From Raillietiella orientalis (lineage: Eukaryota), in contig JAYWIR010000010.1 in assembly GCA_036172245.1 (NCBI GenBank), positions 992,001 to 1,056,000 on the forward strand: a stretch of DNA of 64,000 bases, in the 5' to 3' direction. The notes under the pieces are model-generated. The model saw nothing but the letters and a program-made list of their open reading frames with translations, did not search any database and was not told where the DNA came from. Within the stretch, counting starts at the first letter, position 1; every line of letters starts with the position of its first letter. Positions 27,331 through 41,365 of the stretch are shown piece by piece. A program made the translations under genes and the position numbers.

Positions 27331-30300
27331 CCCGCTACCACCGGGATTCACTTGAGTGGTCCCGTAGGAGCACACGTTGGGACCCACAAAAACACACACA
27401 AAAAAACAATTGACCTAAGGAAAGTACGTGTGTGCTCGCGCACGCGCACACAGAAAGAAGAAAAAGGTGATCCAGTGGGATCCGACGGAGCGGCATCACC
27501 CCATGAACGTATGCGCTCCCGTAATCGCCATCGTAACGAGTTACCACGTGAACGCGCGTTTCTCCTGGAAGCGGGGTAGCATCGGATTCTGCGGGGACGC
27601 GTCGGAGGAAAGCACGGGGTCGTCTCAGACGGTTGGGATCCGCATCCTCGGACGCGGCGTCGACGGGGCTCCTCCTCAGGGATGACGCTCCCTCGGGCCC
27701 GAGCACCTTCAAAATGGCACAAGGATCCGCCTTCCTCCCGCTCCTTTCCGCGCCGAACTGCATGGGAACTTGATTCTGGGAGAATCTCTAGGATGAAGAT
27801 CTCCCACATCCAAAAAAGCATATTGGCTTTTTACTGCGGAATTCTGGGATGGATGTCTCACCATAAACGCAGCGAAGCATTGGTTTTTCGGGGTACAGAA
27901 AACAATAAAGTACACTAATTTCTGCAAAGGAGACGTTCTCAAACGCTGATCACGCATAAAGGCAATTGGTCATGGAAAGATTCAGCAGCTCTCCTCTTTA
28001 TTGCCAATAAAACTTACAGCAGGAAAATTGATACTTTATTTCTCGCTAAGAAATTTTCCATAGTGAGTCAACACGCAAGAGATAATGCCTGGCATTCGAA
28101 GCTGCATATTAATGAGGAGCATTGCGCGTCAGGTGAAAGACGAGGCCAGGCGGTGGCATCTGGAGAATGACGAACAACGTGCCTTGCCCTGCCATCTGTT
28201 GAGGAATCGTGTGTACTACTTTGATGGAAAACTCGATCTTCCCATTTGCGCTGTCACAGTGGCTTAACCGTGGAGAGTCGCGGCCACCTCGAAACGTATT
28301 CTTCACAAGATCCTCCAGCTTCGCTTTATTCCAGATCGCGTGAAAACTCCAGCAAGGAAACGAAGCAAAGTCGTCAAGAGACGTTCTGTTTGGAGGGGGT
28401 CGGCCCGTTGCACCATAGTAACGATGCTGCCATTGATACAATCTGAAATCCTACCGCAACGGTGCACGCATAGAATACAGCGAACTGTAAATGCGTTGGC
28501 TGAGGCTTTCTATCTACAAAAGGAGTAGAACGGGGGAGAACACAAGGCCTCGAAGCTTGAATTCCCTGGAGCTACTAGTCGCTGCAAGCAGACGGGATCA
28601 ACGTTCCTCTCTTCTTGGAACGGAGCAACGGTGTTTCGGTTTGGAAGCCACAAAAGTTTCTTATTTTTTCGAGGTGAGGCCGATCCTCACGAACGGAAAT
28701 CGCCTCTCCATGACTTGGCCAGTAAGGACCATTGCAAGTGGCGTCCACTCTTTGCCTTCTTTAAACGGATGAGAAAATAAAAAAAAAAAACGGAACTGGG
28801 AACTCAAAATAGTGACGGATGGTATTCTTTTCTCTCTCTCTCTCTGTTTTGACTGTGGCACAGAATTATTCGCATCAGCAGAAGAATCGTGCGGCCACTG
28901 TGTAACGAGGTTTCAGTATTCATCTATCGAAGGGGTGTGAGTGAAGATGAGGCGTGCCCGGTGGCGCAACTGGATGTAACCTTCAGCTCCTTGACATTTA
29001 ACTGACATTCAATCAGATGCGAGGATTCTTGCCGGTGAAGGTAACAGCCGTCATCTCCATTAGCAAGGGGCGAGGACCACAGGGACGTGGTGAGGACCGT
29101 TGAAAGTTGAGATGCGGGTGGAGGGCAACTCTCGGCCCGATAACCGGAGCGCCGTTCGACAGAAAGTCACCTCCACGCATCCAGATTGGACACACCAGGT
29201 TCAGCCTGGCTTTTTTTGTTTTTCTTCCCGCGCCGCATCCTTCGCAGGAACCCTTGACAACCCTTTGTTAGGAAGATTAATCACTCCCGGACAATCGCAA
29301 AAACGATGTACAGGCACGGGGAAGGCATTTCCTGTCGGCTGACTTGCTTTCTGGTGCAGCGACGGCTGCTCCTTTCAAGCGGCCCTGACGAAGGTCGGAG
29401 ACCTGGTACGCTCTGCACCTCTTGGCCGCTCTGATGAGAGAATACTCTTGCTGAAATCTCTTCCTGATCCCGGCTCACCGACCGAGCGAGCTCGCGCGAC
29501 CGACCGCTACCACGGAAACGGCTGAAGGGAAAGTTTCGGAGAATCCAGGAAAGCAGACTGGCAGAGCTCTAGGAAAGGGGAGATGCATTCCCTCAAGTGT
29601 CCCCGATGGGCATTTTTTCCCTCCCTGCTTTCAGTGGGCTATGAGGAACCCATCGCTTCCATTCTTTCCGCTTGGAAACCCTACCGCCTTTCCCCTGCTT
29701 CTCGACAAGCACTCCAGAGGTTGGGAAACCAGGAAGAGAGAGACATCCAGCTGGCACCGTCAGGGAGGCGACAGCAAGCGCTCACCTGCGCAAGAACCAA
29801 ATCGATCTCAATCGACCCTGTGGAATATCGGGCTCTCGAGCTTGTCATGATGTGGTAGGGGTTTTTAACAGTGGCGGTCACAGATTTCGTGAACCTCAAG
29901 AGTCAAGAACATTCTTATGTTCCAGTGCAACCTGCCTGTCCTGCACATCGTCACGGCGGGAGTTCTTAAAGTGTTCTTTAAAGATTCGTCTCATATGAGC
30001 GCCTTCCTTGAAGAACGGGGAGGCCATCAACGCCCAGCTCGGCGTGGCGCGTATTACAGCCCACAATCTTTTTCTTTTTTTTGTAAACAAATCGCCCTGC
30101 GGCTGAGGTTCTCCGAATGGGAGGAAGGGCGTTCCAATGTGGCGGCAAGCTCGTGCTTCCCGACGCTGGACCAAAAAGATGCGTGTCGCTAACCGACAAC
30201 TCCCAGAGCTCCTCCTCGCATGTCACCGCTTTGGAGCGACGTGTCTCTCTGCGGTTTCGATAAACACGTATGGCACACCGGGAAGACCCACTGTTAGGAA

Positions 30301-33099
30301 GAATTCCCGGAGGTGAGCGACCTCACCACCACGTTACCTGCTCCCAGGTCAGCCGCATGGAAAAAAGCCTCTTGGAAGCGACCTTGGGTCATCCGCGGCC
30401 ATTGCGACGAACTTGTGCGCCCCTCCCTCCGTGCATTTTGAGGGCACCGACCTGGCTCATGAGCCTCTCACAGTGCAAAGGTAACGCCCGGATAAATCGA
30501 ATGAAAATGCGGCCAAGAAGCGTCCTCTGCCCCCCTTGTGGCACTCACAGGATCGGGGAGCTTGAGAGCAACCACCATCTAAGAGTTCTTCCTTGCTTCC
30601 GCCCCCGCTGCCAGCACAGAACGTGGACCGAAGAGCCCGCAGTCAGTTCCAGCAACCTGCCGATGACCAGGTGTTGTTTCCGAACTGTTGTGATGAAGCC
30701 GTCACTGGAGTCAGCGGGCTCTGTGCAAGGTGGATCTGGATTCTGGAGGGGAGGAAGGAACTTTCGGCAGAAAGGTTCACTTCTTGCAGAGGATCGTTCG
30801 GGCAATGGCAACACAGCCGGAGGTATTCCTGGAACAATCTCGTCAAAAGAACACAAGCACGGATCTCATAATGATGCTAATGATGATTGCTTTCCTCCCT
30901 AGATGCGGAGTGCGTGAAGACAATATTCCCACGTGTCTGCAATATCGGGCATCTTTACACAGTCATCAAGGACATGCGCCTGTGCGCACTCTGCGTGCCT
31001 GAAACGACTTGAAATCCTGGATCCCCCACGAAGACGTCAGATGCGTTTGCATCTCCATGGAGGATTCAGACTTTTTTTGCCCTACTTTCTCGAGAATCAG
31101 CGCAAGAATGCCTTCAATGCTGTTCATGAATGAAAACATCACATCTCCAGCAGCGGATCTCATGGTAATTCTCCCGGAAGTCATTCCGTATCCTAGGTTG
31201 GGATGCAAGCGAGGGAAGCGCATCCGAGTGAGATCACTAGGGAGGAATGATAGGGGGCTCGGAGCACCCTTCCGATTCCAGATTGTCTGATCTCTGCTCA
31301 AGTGACCCTGTGATCTCTATAAGTGTTGAGCTTCGCTTTCCACTAGAAGGCAAAAGTGAAATCCGCGGCGCGATAATTTTTCAAAGGGGCGTTTCCTGAT
31401 GGGGTAGGGAGGGGTAAGCAGGATCAGGCCTGGAGCGGCTCGAAATGAAATTCCGAGGCAAATGACATTGTTCGCAATCCATCATCGCTTGCGAGAGGAA
31501 CGAAAGTCGCTCCCGAATCGCACCATTCGGAAACGGGAAACGGTCATCCAAGCTCCAGGGGAAACACGATTCGACTGCAAACCACGAGGTCTGAGGAAAA
31601 GCGGGCCGAAGGACGCTCATGCCACGGACTTTTCATCAGGGGACTAACTGTCTCTCCTCTTCGCCTTCTTGTATGCAACAGCAGCTGCAGTTTCCAGCCA
31701 TGCACCAACGATGACCAACAGTTCGGAGGCCCGATGAAGAGGGCTTGGTAACCTGCTGGTGCTCCTAAATTCGCCCCCTTCTGATCCACACTCAGAGTGC
31801 CTTTTCGTTCCTGCCGCCGATGGCTATGAGGGAGCTTCCTTGTCTGAACCGCTCCCGGCTGCGAGGCCCGTGACACGCAAGCGAAGTAGATTCTCAGGAG
31901 CAGCGCTCATTCTTTTCGAAGATGTGCTAGCATGAAACCGGGTCGATCAGGTTGAACAGGAAGGTTGATTGGCCGGCCTCGAAGTCCGCCGGTCGGCCGG
32001 GCAGATCTCTCGCAGCGCTGCCTGAGAATCCCGCATCTGGCTTGCCCCTTGTGCTTTGGGGAGGCTGAATTCCTTGCCGCGATCCCTTTCACTCGCACAG
32101 GCCGTCCGACTAGCTGATCATCTGCTCGTCTGGATTCCCCTGTGCCTCTGCATCACAGCCGTGTCAGCGTATCTACAGGTAGTTTCGCAGAAGGTCTGTT
32201 GTGGGATCCCTCACGATGCCGGAAAATCGTCTCGAGTTGCCTAGGAAATGCCTCCTAACCGTCTTGACGAAGGAAATGCACATCAGCCAGAAGAAATCGC
32301 CTGAGCATCTCACCGCTTCTTCAATTACCGTCAGAGTGCTTGCAGAAAGTGGCCAACTGAGGGTGGGTCGGTCTACGCGGCTGCACGGTATGGAGTGATT
32401 CGAGAGCGGGTGAGATGAGCACGCTGCCGTGAGTGGGAACCGTGCTGAGGGAATTTAGTTAACCGGAAATCAATCCATGTACATTGCGAAAGGCCTCTCT
32501 TTCGGCTACATTTTCAGGGCTGCTGCCAAAAAAAAAAAAAAAAAACCTTCTCAAATCGCATGCCGTTCACCAGACTTTTGGTAGCTGCAACGATGCTGAA
32601 CCCTACCAAACCCACACATTCGATGATGTATGGGTTTGCTAGGGAGACGGGCTAACATCGCAGCAGCACTGGGATATCTCCGAATCGTGAAGATTCCATC
32701 TTGAGGCAGATCGAAAATTCGGGATGGAGCACTCGTGGACCGAAGGAATGCAGGAGAAGGGAACCGGAAATTTTTTTCCCGGGTACATTCGTTCTTGAAG
32801 TACGGATCATACCTTCGTTTGAAAAGGTAGCCCGGTAACTAAGAGGTCAATCCAGAACGTCCTACTGAAGAGATGATGCGGCAAAATTGTTGTTGAGGAA
32901 CCCGCTAGATCGATGCGAGGACATCAACCCATCAGTTTACGGAACTCAACATACGGATGCAGCTCATCGTGATGTGGGCATTTTTAATCCTGATCCCATC
33001 TTGCTTGTCTTCAGGAGGTTTGACACAGAGTGCAGACTTTGTTGGCTGCAACGCATCTATTTCTGGTGATCCCCTGTTCTTCTTCAGCGGGATTGTTCC

Positions 33100-36000
33100 G
33101 CTTTTCTTAGTCCCTTGATGTCAACGAAGGTCTCCTGCTTCTCTTCTCCCATTTGCAGCTCCAGCACTCATTCCTAACGAACAAGCCAACAGCCTCGATC
33201 AATTTGAAGGAAACTCCACCGGCGCCAACAGTCTTGAATAATAGGTCTATAAAGGCTCCGTGCAACCGCATTCCAGACGCTTTGCGGTCACTGGCAGCAG
33301 AAAGGACCACTTCCTTCTTGTGTAAACTACCCCCGTTTGGCAACTCTTTCAAGCCTGAATTTCCGCTTTCAGTTTTTCCAACTTCTGGCCATGCAATCCT
33401 TTCGCAGGGTTCAGTCCGCTCGGCAAATTGGCGTCTTCATCTGAGTAATGAGAAACTCCACTTCCCCGTGACCGCCGCTCAGCTGGAGCAAGTGCAGCTG
33501 CTCTGGAATGCCGGAACGCTCTCAAAAGTCCACTGCCCAGGAGGAATCCGGAAGCCAGAGCGGGACTTTCGCAGAATCATCAAAAATTGCGTCGCCATTC
33601 GTCTTCCGGTGAGCACTTACTCGATCCGATGCAGTTCCTCCGAAAGTTTTCGAACGCCAGCAGAGAGGTCATCGGAGACTGACGCCACCTTCACCATCGG
33701 TTTTGAGGATTCCGCCTGAGCGGAGACTTCGCAAATGAGGCGGCACTTGCATATGAGATCTCATTAACGGCTCCAGGAAACGTCATCCACAGTCACGGAT
33801 CCAGCGTTCCCTGCGACAGGCTGTGTTTCATCCGGAGCATTGAGCACCACCGCCTCTTGCAAGAAGCGTTCCCTAAACTGCCGAGATGCTTCGCTGGGTG
33901 TCCTTTTCGCTAACTGACTCGCACTCTTGCTCTCTCTGCGTGGGAGGACAGTTGCCTGAGCGAGAAATGAGAAAGTCCATTCGCGGGCATAGGCTATTCC
34001 ACCTTCGAGAATGCGCTCTTTTCCAACGGAGTTTCCTCGTTGGATGAAAGCTTCTGGAAAGCGTCCTCCCCTCTCATTCGAACTCACTCCTTCGGCCTTC
34101 GTTCCACGTCGGAACTGAAGCCCCCGCTCGGGCGAGGACGTGAAGCAGACCGACCCATTCTTTCATCTCATCCTGGGAAGAGATGAAAGCGGTCGCTTCC
34201 GGAACTCCGGAAACCCGGAAGAGAGAGACCGATCAGTGCGATGTGATCGATTCTGCAAACAGATTCCTCTTAAGGCGCGGAGGATGGCAGAATTCTCCGC
34301 CTCGTCAACGGGGACTCTGAGACGCCGCGGCAGTGCTGTCGGGTGATCAGCCGAGGTGCGTTTTCCCCGAAGGATCGAACCGTACTGCCCTCATAAGTGT
34401 TTCTGCAGGAGTCCCGCTCGAATTCAGCGAGCAACGTCACTCCCATATTTTTTTTTTTCTTGCTTCCGGTGCAGTGGAGCATCCATCAGTAACATCACGC
34501 ACGAGGACGGCTGGCTTTGAGGGTTTCACTCACCGCTAAGGTAGCACAGTGTTGCCAGTTCACTCCCAGAGCATGCCTATCGACATTTATCGTACAATGA
34601 AGTCAGCCTTGTCGAGCATTAGTCTGTCCACGAGGGAGCGTTACACGGGCGAGTAATTAAGGCACGTCTTCAGAGAAATATGACTCTTAGCCTTCATTAA
34701 AATATGATGCTCGCGCGCCAGAAGAAATGGAGGTCTTCTGGAAACATCTACCGAAAGCCTATAAATTTACATCGGCTTCTTCTTTTGCTACTTTTCATTC
34801 TTTCCGACGGAAGGTGTTCCCTGGATGAAGTGGGAGTCTCGCAAGCTCTAATCGAAATTGAATTTATGGCCCGAATCGATAGCGAAAACAGGAGAAAAAA
34901 AAAAAAAAAAAATGATAGTGGAAGACTGAAAGCAGCTGGAGAGAATCCTGACAGAGAAGACGAATGGTTAACTATCAAACGACTCATTTCTCCCGCAGCA
35001 TCACAATTAAGCGGTAATGGGAAGGGTCGTACTGCAAAGCAGTCAACATTACGCGTGCAAACGGATTTTGAGCTCCTTGCTCTCTCCTTCGACTACCCCA
35101 GGAACTCCCTTCTCCCGTCTCGGCAGAGCATCTTGTCGGCGATATTCACCTACGGGAGAATGGCTTCCGAGATTCCCCAAGACACCGTCTTCCCGGTTCG
35201 TTTTCTGAGGAAGGGAGCGAGATGGGATTCTTCCAGTTTCGGACGGTCCGAGAGACGAGCACGGCAGACTTCCACGCAACGCGTGCCAAACCGCGCATGC
35301 CATGTCGCAGCTGAAATAGCAGCAGAATTTTGCATAAGTTGCCCCATTTTTTCTTCTTCTTCTTCTTCTACTACCAGCAGGAAGCATCTTCAAGATCCAC
35401 AGTCTTATGCACACGAGCGGAAAGAGCATCACTCCAAAGCCTTCTGTCTCCAGGCGTTCCAGTTTATGGGGCCCTAACTGCAGGAGATCCACAGGTGGGC
35501 TACCATAGTGAGGACAGATGCCTCTAGAGATAGCCAAATAGGTTCCTACAGCGTAGGTTGCGCGGCAGCAGCGAAAGAAGTTCTGAGCTTCCAGAGCACC
35601 GCCGGAGGATGCGGCGTGCCGGGGCATACCAATGGAAGGACCACAATCTCCCGAACAGGGAGAGACCTCGGAACTGCACCTGCAGCCCTTGCAGAAACCA
35701 CAGTCTGCTTCCCTTTCCTCCCCGTAATGGTCATCGGACAAGAGTCTTACTGTGCTTTGGCTATCCCCGTTCATCCCATTCGCCCACCTAAAACATGTTT
35801 GCCTGACCACTATCAAAAGGGAGTGGCTGCTTCCGATATCCCAGCCTTTCCATTTGACCCTGGGAGAGCAGAATTCTCCAGAATGCTCTCGAAAGCTGAG
35901 TGAGCTCCTCGATCCAGTTTGGGGACTAAGAGGTTTTTCTGTGCCTCATAAGATGCTCCAGATGGAATTGAAAATTCTGCTTAAGATTTCACCCGAATAG

Positions 36001-37350
36001 GCAGATGGCTTAAACGGGATGAGGATAGATACGAATGAAATCAGCTTCTTTGAGCAAAATTTTCAGCATAATCTTTCGAAGCTGGTTGCAGCAGCAGCAA
36101 AGCCCTACTTTGCTCTGGGTTCACACCCACCAAAGTAGCGTCAATTCCTGGAGGGTTCCCGCTTCCTGGTTTAAGAACCTAACGCTGTTCGCGGTGCAGT
36201 TCCCAGCTTGAAGGCAGCAGTCTCCCTGACGCGACAAACTGTCAGGAGGTAGACAAGGAGGAATTTTCCAGGACCGTTTCGCTCCAAACACTTCCTGGCC
36301 ACTGTGTTTAGAAGAAACATGGAACGGAAGAGTTATCCGCTTGTGTGTTGATTCCCAGACACGGATCTCGTGGTAGAACACCACGCAAGCACACATTTTA
36401 GAAGTTTTCCAATGATTGCTTTGGAACCAGGGTCCCATGCGCAGTTCAATTCTCTATTAATTATTTCAATAGGTCTTGCATTACTGCTCGCTGTAGAATG
36501 GCAAATTATTCCGCACTCCTTCGGTGGGACTTGGAAGAAGCCGCCTCCGTCGTCTGCGGCATCGTTACCTCGACACCTATCACCTATCATGAAATAACGC
36601 ATGCTCTGATGAAGACGCAAATGACCGTTACACTTCGACCTCAATTCAAATTTAAACCGCTACTTCGAAGGTGCAGAGTGGATTCCATGAACCCAAATAG
36701 ATACATTGCATAATTCCTTCGAGGAGTATTCGTTTATGTTCACACTCTGTTTTCATGGGATTGCATGGGCAGTGAGTTTTATGCGTCGCACCTCCCATCT
36801 GGCGCTGGATCACCACGAGCTGCCCTTGCTTGGCATAGCACAGGCCCTCAGATGTTGCGATCTTTCCCCGTCGAGGAACGCGAAGACCGTGCTTTCAGGT
36901 AGGAACGCGATTCGGTTGACGCGTCGCTTTCCGCCTCTTTTTCTTGCACGATTCTCGCTCGGTGCCTCCACCACATCTTCGAAAACACGGAGCGCTCCTT
37001 TTGCGGAATTTCACGAGCATGAAAGGGGAACAAACCATCTTCGAGAAGGAAAATGATGGCGTTTCTTGCTTCCCCCAAATCTTCCTGCTTCTTCTGCTGT
37101 TTTGAGAGGTGATCGCCGAATCTGCAGCAGCCACGGTAACTGGTTTGATCGATTTGTTTCCGAGGAGGCAAACTTCAGGATCAGTGAAGCGAGAGCAGCA
37201 CAGTGGTACAGCACCAATCTCGGTACGGAAAGCTTTCCGTTGGAAGCTGCTAATTGGGATTTCTGGTTTCTCTTCAGACTCTGATGGCACATCCCTGGGT
37301 AACAGAGTGCTGGCTTGCGACCGCGGATCATGGCTGAAAATCTTGCTCAT
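33100..37350 (-). mobile_element. Decayed CACTA/EnSpm-like transposase plus a DUF4806-like accessory gene
   Basis: Minus-strand fragments in the expected order: AFLDG, YLFGFMES..G..V, RKxGTLQE (~RKPRSLxE), DYAEN, SAFESIL (~SAFPFEN), MLFPLV. These are followed by GG..SD..G..K..F.LIEAV, resembling DUF4806. Many stops and frameshifts; no TIRs located. Confidence 0.5.
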
Positions 37351-38276
37351 CGGAACATGGAAGTGATGAGTCTAATGCAAGAGGCTCCTTGCAGAAAAGG
37401 AGCAACAAGGAAGGAGGAAGACCTTTCCTAGAGCAAGACCATGCCGCTGGAACCGCTTGAGACTCGACAGCCCTCGACCTCATCGCTACGCGGATCTCCA
37501 TGCAACTTAGCTCGAGAACCGATGGGATGGACGAGGCGTTTCGCGACTTCGACCCGAACGTCCCTTTTTCATCCATCTCATCTTTGAGTTCCTCATTGGA
37601 ACTCTTCGCTGCAGCCTCAGCCACCTCCATCCAATGAAATCAATGAGACGGCCTCCTCTAGAGTTCATGGATAAGTTTTTTTTTTCTTCTTCTTTCTAGC
37701 AGCCATGCAATGAAGATTCGTTGACATTTCGAGCTCTTCAGTTTGTCAGAAACGTCACGCCCCACCATCCGATGACTGTTGGCTGTTTGCCAATTTCTTA
37801 ACGATTCTTCGCGTTTCCTCCTTCCTTTAAAAACAACTTGGAATTTTCCAGCCGCACGTTCCAAAGCTCTCAGGAGCAGAAATTTTTGCGCAGAGGACAC
37901 GCTTCAATTTTTCAAAAACTGGAATCCATGGCGACAGTCGATCTAAAAGCGATCTTGCTCTCCATTCACCAAGAAGCTAAACGAAGACATCTTGTGAAGA
38001 TTCGGCAACCATGTGAAACGCCTACACAACACACACACACACACACACATCTATATATGTGTGTGTGTATTTTGAGAAAACAAATCTAATGGGGAAAGCC
38101 TTTATTGACCTTAATAGATTACCTCTATGAGCAGAATCACATCTGGCCATCAATCAGCACCATGGAGTCATCAACCTTTTGCCCTCTGGTTCTGCACCCA
38201 TGCGTCCTTCCCAAAGTTCTCCACCGACTGGTGCCTTTCGAAATTCAGGCAAGATCTTTTAACCTTTGGCTTTCAG

Positions 38277-38384
38277 ATTCATCGCTCGATGACGTCGATG
38301 ACGCCTGGTGCAGGGCGAGTGCTGCAGGTCCGTTTCTCCGGTCGAGCACGCAGTCTTTTGAAGAGAGCCGCCGCCTCCTCTCCG
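38277..38384 (+). CDS. Candidate internal exon upstream of the Nhe2-like terminal exon
   Basis: Acceptor ttttaacctttggctttcag and donor CCG|gtaagt. 108 nt, phase 1-1, open (DSSLDDVDDAWCRASAAGPFLRSSTQSFEESRRLLS), and it splices in frame to 43111. No family motif recognised. Confidence 0.35.
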
Positions 38385-39299
38385 GTAAGTAACGATCTCT
38401 CCAGTGTGCATCTCTTGCGTGGTGGATCCTGCGGTCGCTCGGGCGCATTCCGCCGCCGGGTCGGGAATGATGCCGCAACGCGATCCCAGCTGAACCCCAG
38501 GGAAGCTCGCCGGCCTCGCATCCTCCCTCTCCGGGGATTCCCCACCTCCTTTCCCCTTTCACGAATTCTCCCGCGCGCGGAAAAGAATCTTCAGTGTCTT
38601 TGCGTGGATTTGGGGCGAAGCCGCCCGCTGAATTCGTTTCTGGTGTGGAGCGCGGAGCGATCCCGGCCACGACGACGAAATCCGGGAGATTCCCACATCC
38701 AGGCGGGGATGACGAGGGAGAACTTTTTTTCCCTCGGATGTCCGAGGGGAGTTTCTTGCTCTGCGCCCTCTGTCTTTCGCCAGCGATCAGGAAACGAAGG
38801 AGTCGCCGCCGGCCTGCTTGACCGCTAATTGGGAAATCCCGAAGTTGCGGCGCCATCACGGAACGCCAGCAAAGAAAAAAGAAAAAAATTACGGGATCAC
38901 GGGCGCAGCGTGGTTCCACGTCGAACAGCATCTCCTGGAAGGCTCGCAGGGAACGACACACACTGTGTTTCCCTGATCAAAGGCAATTACGGGAGCAGCA
39001 GTTCGAACGGAATGAGCCAAACGGTCCACCGTTGCCAGACTTGCAGCTTTGCATCGGGGCTGAAGATGCAGCTCCTTTCTTGCTTCCCGGCGTTGGTGGT
39101 TTCGAGACAATCGTCCCGCAGGCTTTCAACGATGTCTTTTCTTCCCACTGCGACAAGCAGTGGGACGGATCGGTTTTAAAAATAAAAAGAAAATAACGAG
39201 CTGATGTCACAGCATTGACGGTATGGATATTGAGTGGACGGAGACTCACCCCTGAGAGCAGTTTGCAGCCCTATTCGCAGTAACTGCACCATCGCCTTG

Positions 39300-41300
39300 A
39301 TCTGGGAAAGGCCACTGGGGATGCCCTGCACTCGGGACGTCGTAAACAACTTTTGCAGGATGTACTGGGCAGGCAGCATCCTCCTGCAGCTGTGGATCCC
39401 CGCCTTCCTCCTTGGCGGCACTTTTGGAATTTGCCACAACTGCAACGTTCCTGCCTTCCTTTCTTCACGGCGACCACGGTGAGGAGCACCGCCTTCGCCT
39501 GAAGCATGGGTTTGCATGCAGAAGTTGCGCTTTTTCCACGAAGAGTCTCCCGCCCCTCTCCGATGCTCGAGCCTGTCGCTTCCTTCGCCTTCCTCCAGCA
39601 CTGGAGGAGGCATCCGCCAGGGAGACATCTGAAGGCTTCCTTTCTCCCTGTGACTTTCGGGTATCTTCCTGGATATCTCCCGTGCTGCGCCGAGGCCGGC
39701 TGCCACAGGGGGGGCACTCCGCGGTGGAAAGGAAGAAGACCATCTTGGGTTTCCGAAGGTCTGCTGCTGCTGCGGATCTCCGAACCACCACATCGATCCC
39801 ATCTGCAGCCAATGTGGACTTTCAGCAAATCAGGAAGAGCTCGTCCCGGATTTCCTTTCGGGAGTTGGGTCGCGCAGCCTGCGAGCCCTTTTGACGTGGC
39901 TTCCCCAGCATCTTCTGCCAAAATTCGTCCACTTGGTGTTTTCCTTTCTTCCTCTTGCATCGTCTGCGCTTCGATGCGCCGTGAGGTGAGCTCATGCACA
40001 TGCAGCCAAAGGTGCGGTCGGAAACTCGACAGATACCGCGAAGCTGTCCTCCCACTCACTAGGTTTTGTTTTGTTTTTCTTTGCCTCAAAGAGAGCTTTG
40101 GACAAAGAGGCTCACCATCTGTTTAAGGGGACCGGCATCGGAACGAGCGTTCGCTAGACTGTATTGGTCAGGCAGCTCGTCGACTCGTGACTGTGTCGTT
40201 GGCTCATCATCGCATGGGGCCATCTGTGTGTCTTCGCCACATCACCCTGTCCTTGCCTGACAGGCGTGGAGTCGGCTCATCACCACGCCGTCGCCTCATC
40301 ACTGGACCTTCGTCTCAGTGCCCGGTCGCTGGTCGATCATAGTGTCGCCGGCTCATCACCGTGCCGACGAACGTAGGCTGTGTCTCTGACGCATGTTCGG
40401 TCAGGTCTGCGTCTGGACTGCGAATGCTGGCAACTTTCGGACTTGCCATCTCGCAAGCCCGAGCAGTAGTGAGCTGCATGTGGTCCTCGTTCTCTGAGTC
40501 GTCCCGAAGAGCGGCGAACCCGGGGGCAAGGATGCACAGGTGAACTCAGGGAGTGTCTGTTTGTTTCCTTGGTTACGTGAGAGGATGCAGAGGATCGCGA
40601 GTTTCAGAGGAGAACGTCTCATTCCGCTACTGGAAGGTTGCGGCTCAGCTCTGTCAACAAGTCCGAGTCCCGCGTCCGCAGTTCGATGGGACTACTGCTG
40701 CACACCACGGAGAGGAACCACTGAATCACACCCTTTACTCAGTGTTTCGATTCTTTCGTTTCCAACCAAAAGCTTTCTTTTCCGGCTGCTTCCCTCCGTC
40801 GAAACGAACTCGCGAGGAAGCGTTTCCGGAGGAAGAAACCATTGGAAACGAAGGATTCCTCCGGTTGTGCATCACTTCGCCACCGGCTATCGCGCCAATT
40901 CCTCAGTGAGGAATGTGCAAGCAGGAAAAATTTTCATTTCGGTCCCGCCTCAGCAGGCGACAACTCTCCCACGATCCCGGCGTGCTTGTGACCCATTGTG
41001 ACCCTGCTCTGAATCTTATGCTGCCGCTCCCACGGATGGAGTTTCGCAACGCGACTCGGAGAGAAACCGCGGAGTGGCCAGTAGAGGATCGCGGCGGCCA
41101 AAGAGAAGACCTCTTCTGCTGAGGTTTCGAACGGTCAGGTCGTTTTCCGATCGCGGAGCTGCAACTGAGCCTCGCACAGAAAGGCGCATTCCGAAAGCGT
41201 TCCAAAGAACCCGTACCCCTTTGTGAGGAGCCGCTTTGATTACGATGACTCCAACCCATTTTGTGTGAAAGACATGTCTTGGTGATCACGAGCTTTCCTG
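39300..41300 (-). mobile_element. Decayed Academ-like DNA transposon (XPG-like nuclease plus Cys-rich C-terminus)
   Basis: IRSPDADL (~SxDTDV), HAMMS.NDTVTS (~HAxTGCDTxS), VPPL..A.AQH.R (~LPPT..A..H..R), then LLTVV..RCSCGK..KC..CKSC..C. Confidence 0.5.
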
Positions 41301-41365
41301 CTCCAAATTGCGTCCCAGAGGCATCGAAATAACTCCCCAGTGCAAACCTTCATGGTTTGCTTCAT

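Noticed and set aside
28864..28936. Exon-like segments after pyrimidine tracts (also at 6540, 2074 and 31682)
   Set aside because: Translations show no NHE similarity. Upstream exons of the gene could not be identified in this window.
27800..32700. Scattered transposase-like words (YFDGK, VDGLP) in the lower-GC segment
   Set aside because: No ordered motif series. Probably old DNA-transposon debris, but it cannot be assigned.
38029..38068. (CA)n..(TG)n mini-hairpin; 12-bp triple repeat at 52178-52214
   Set aside because: Ordinary simple-sequence repeats.
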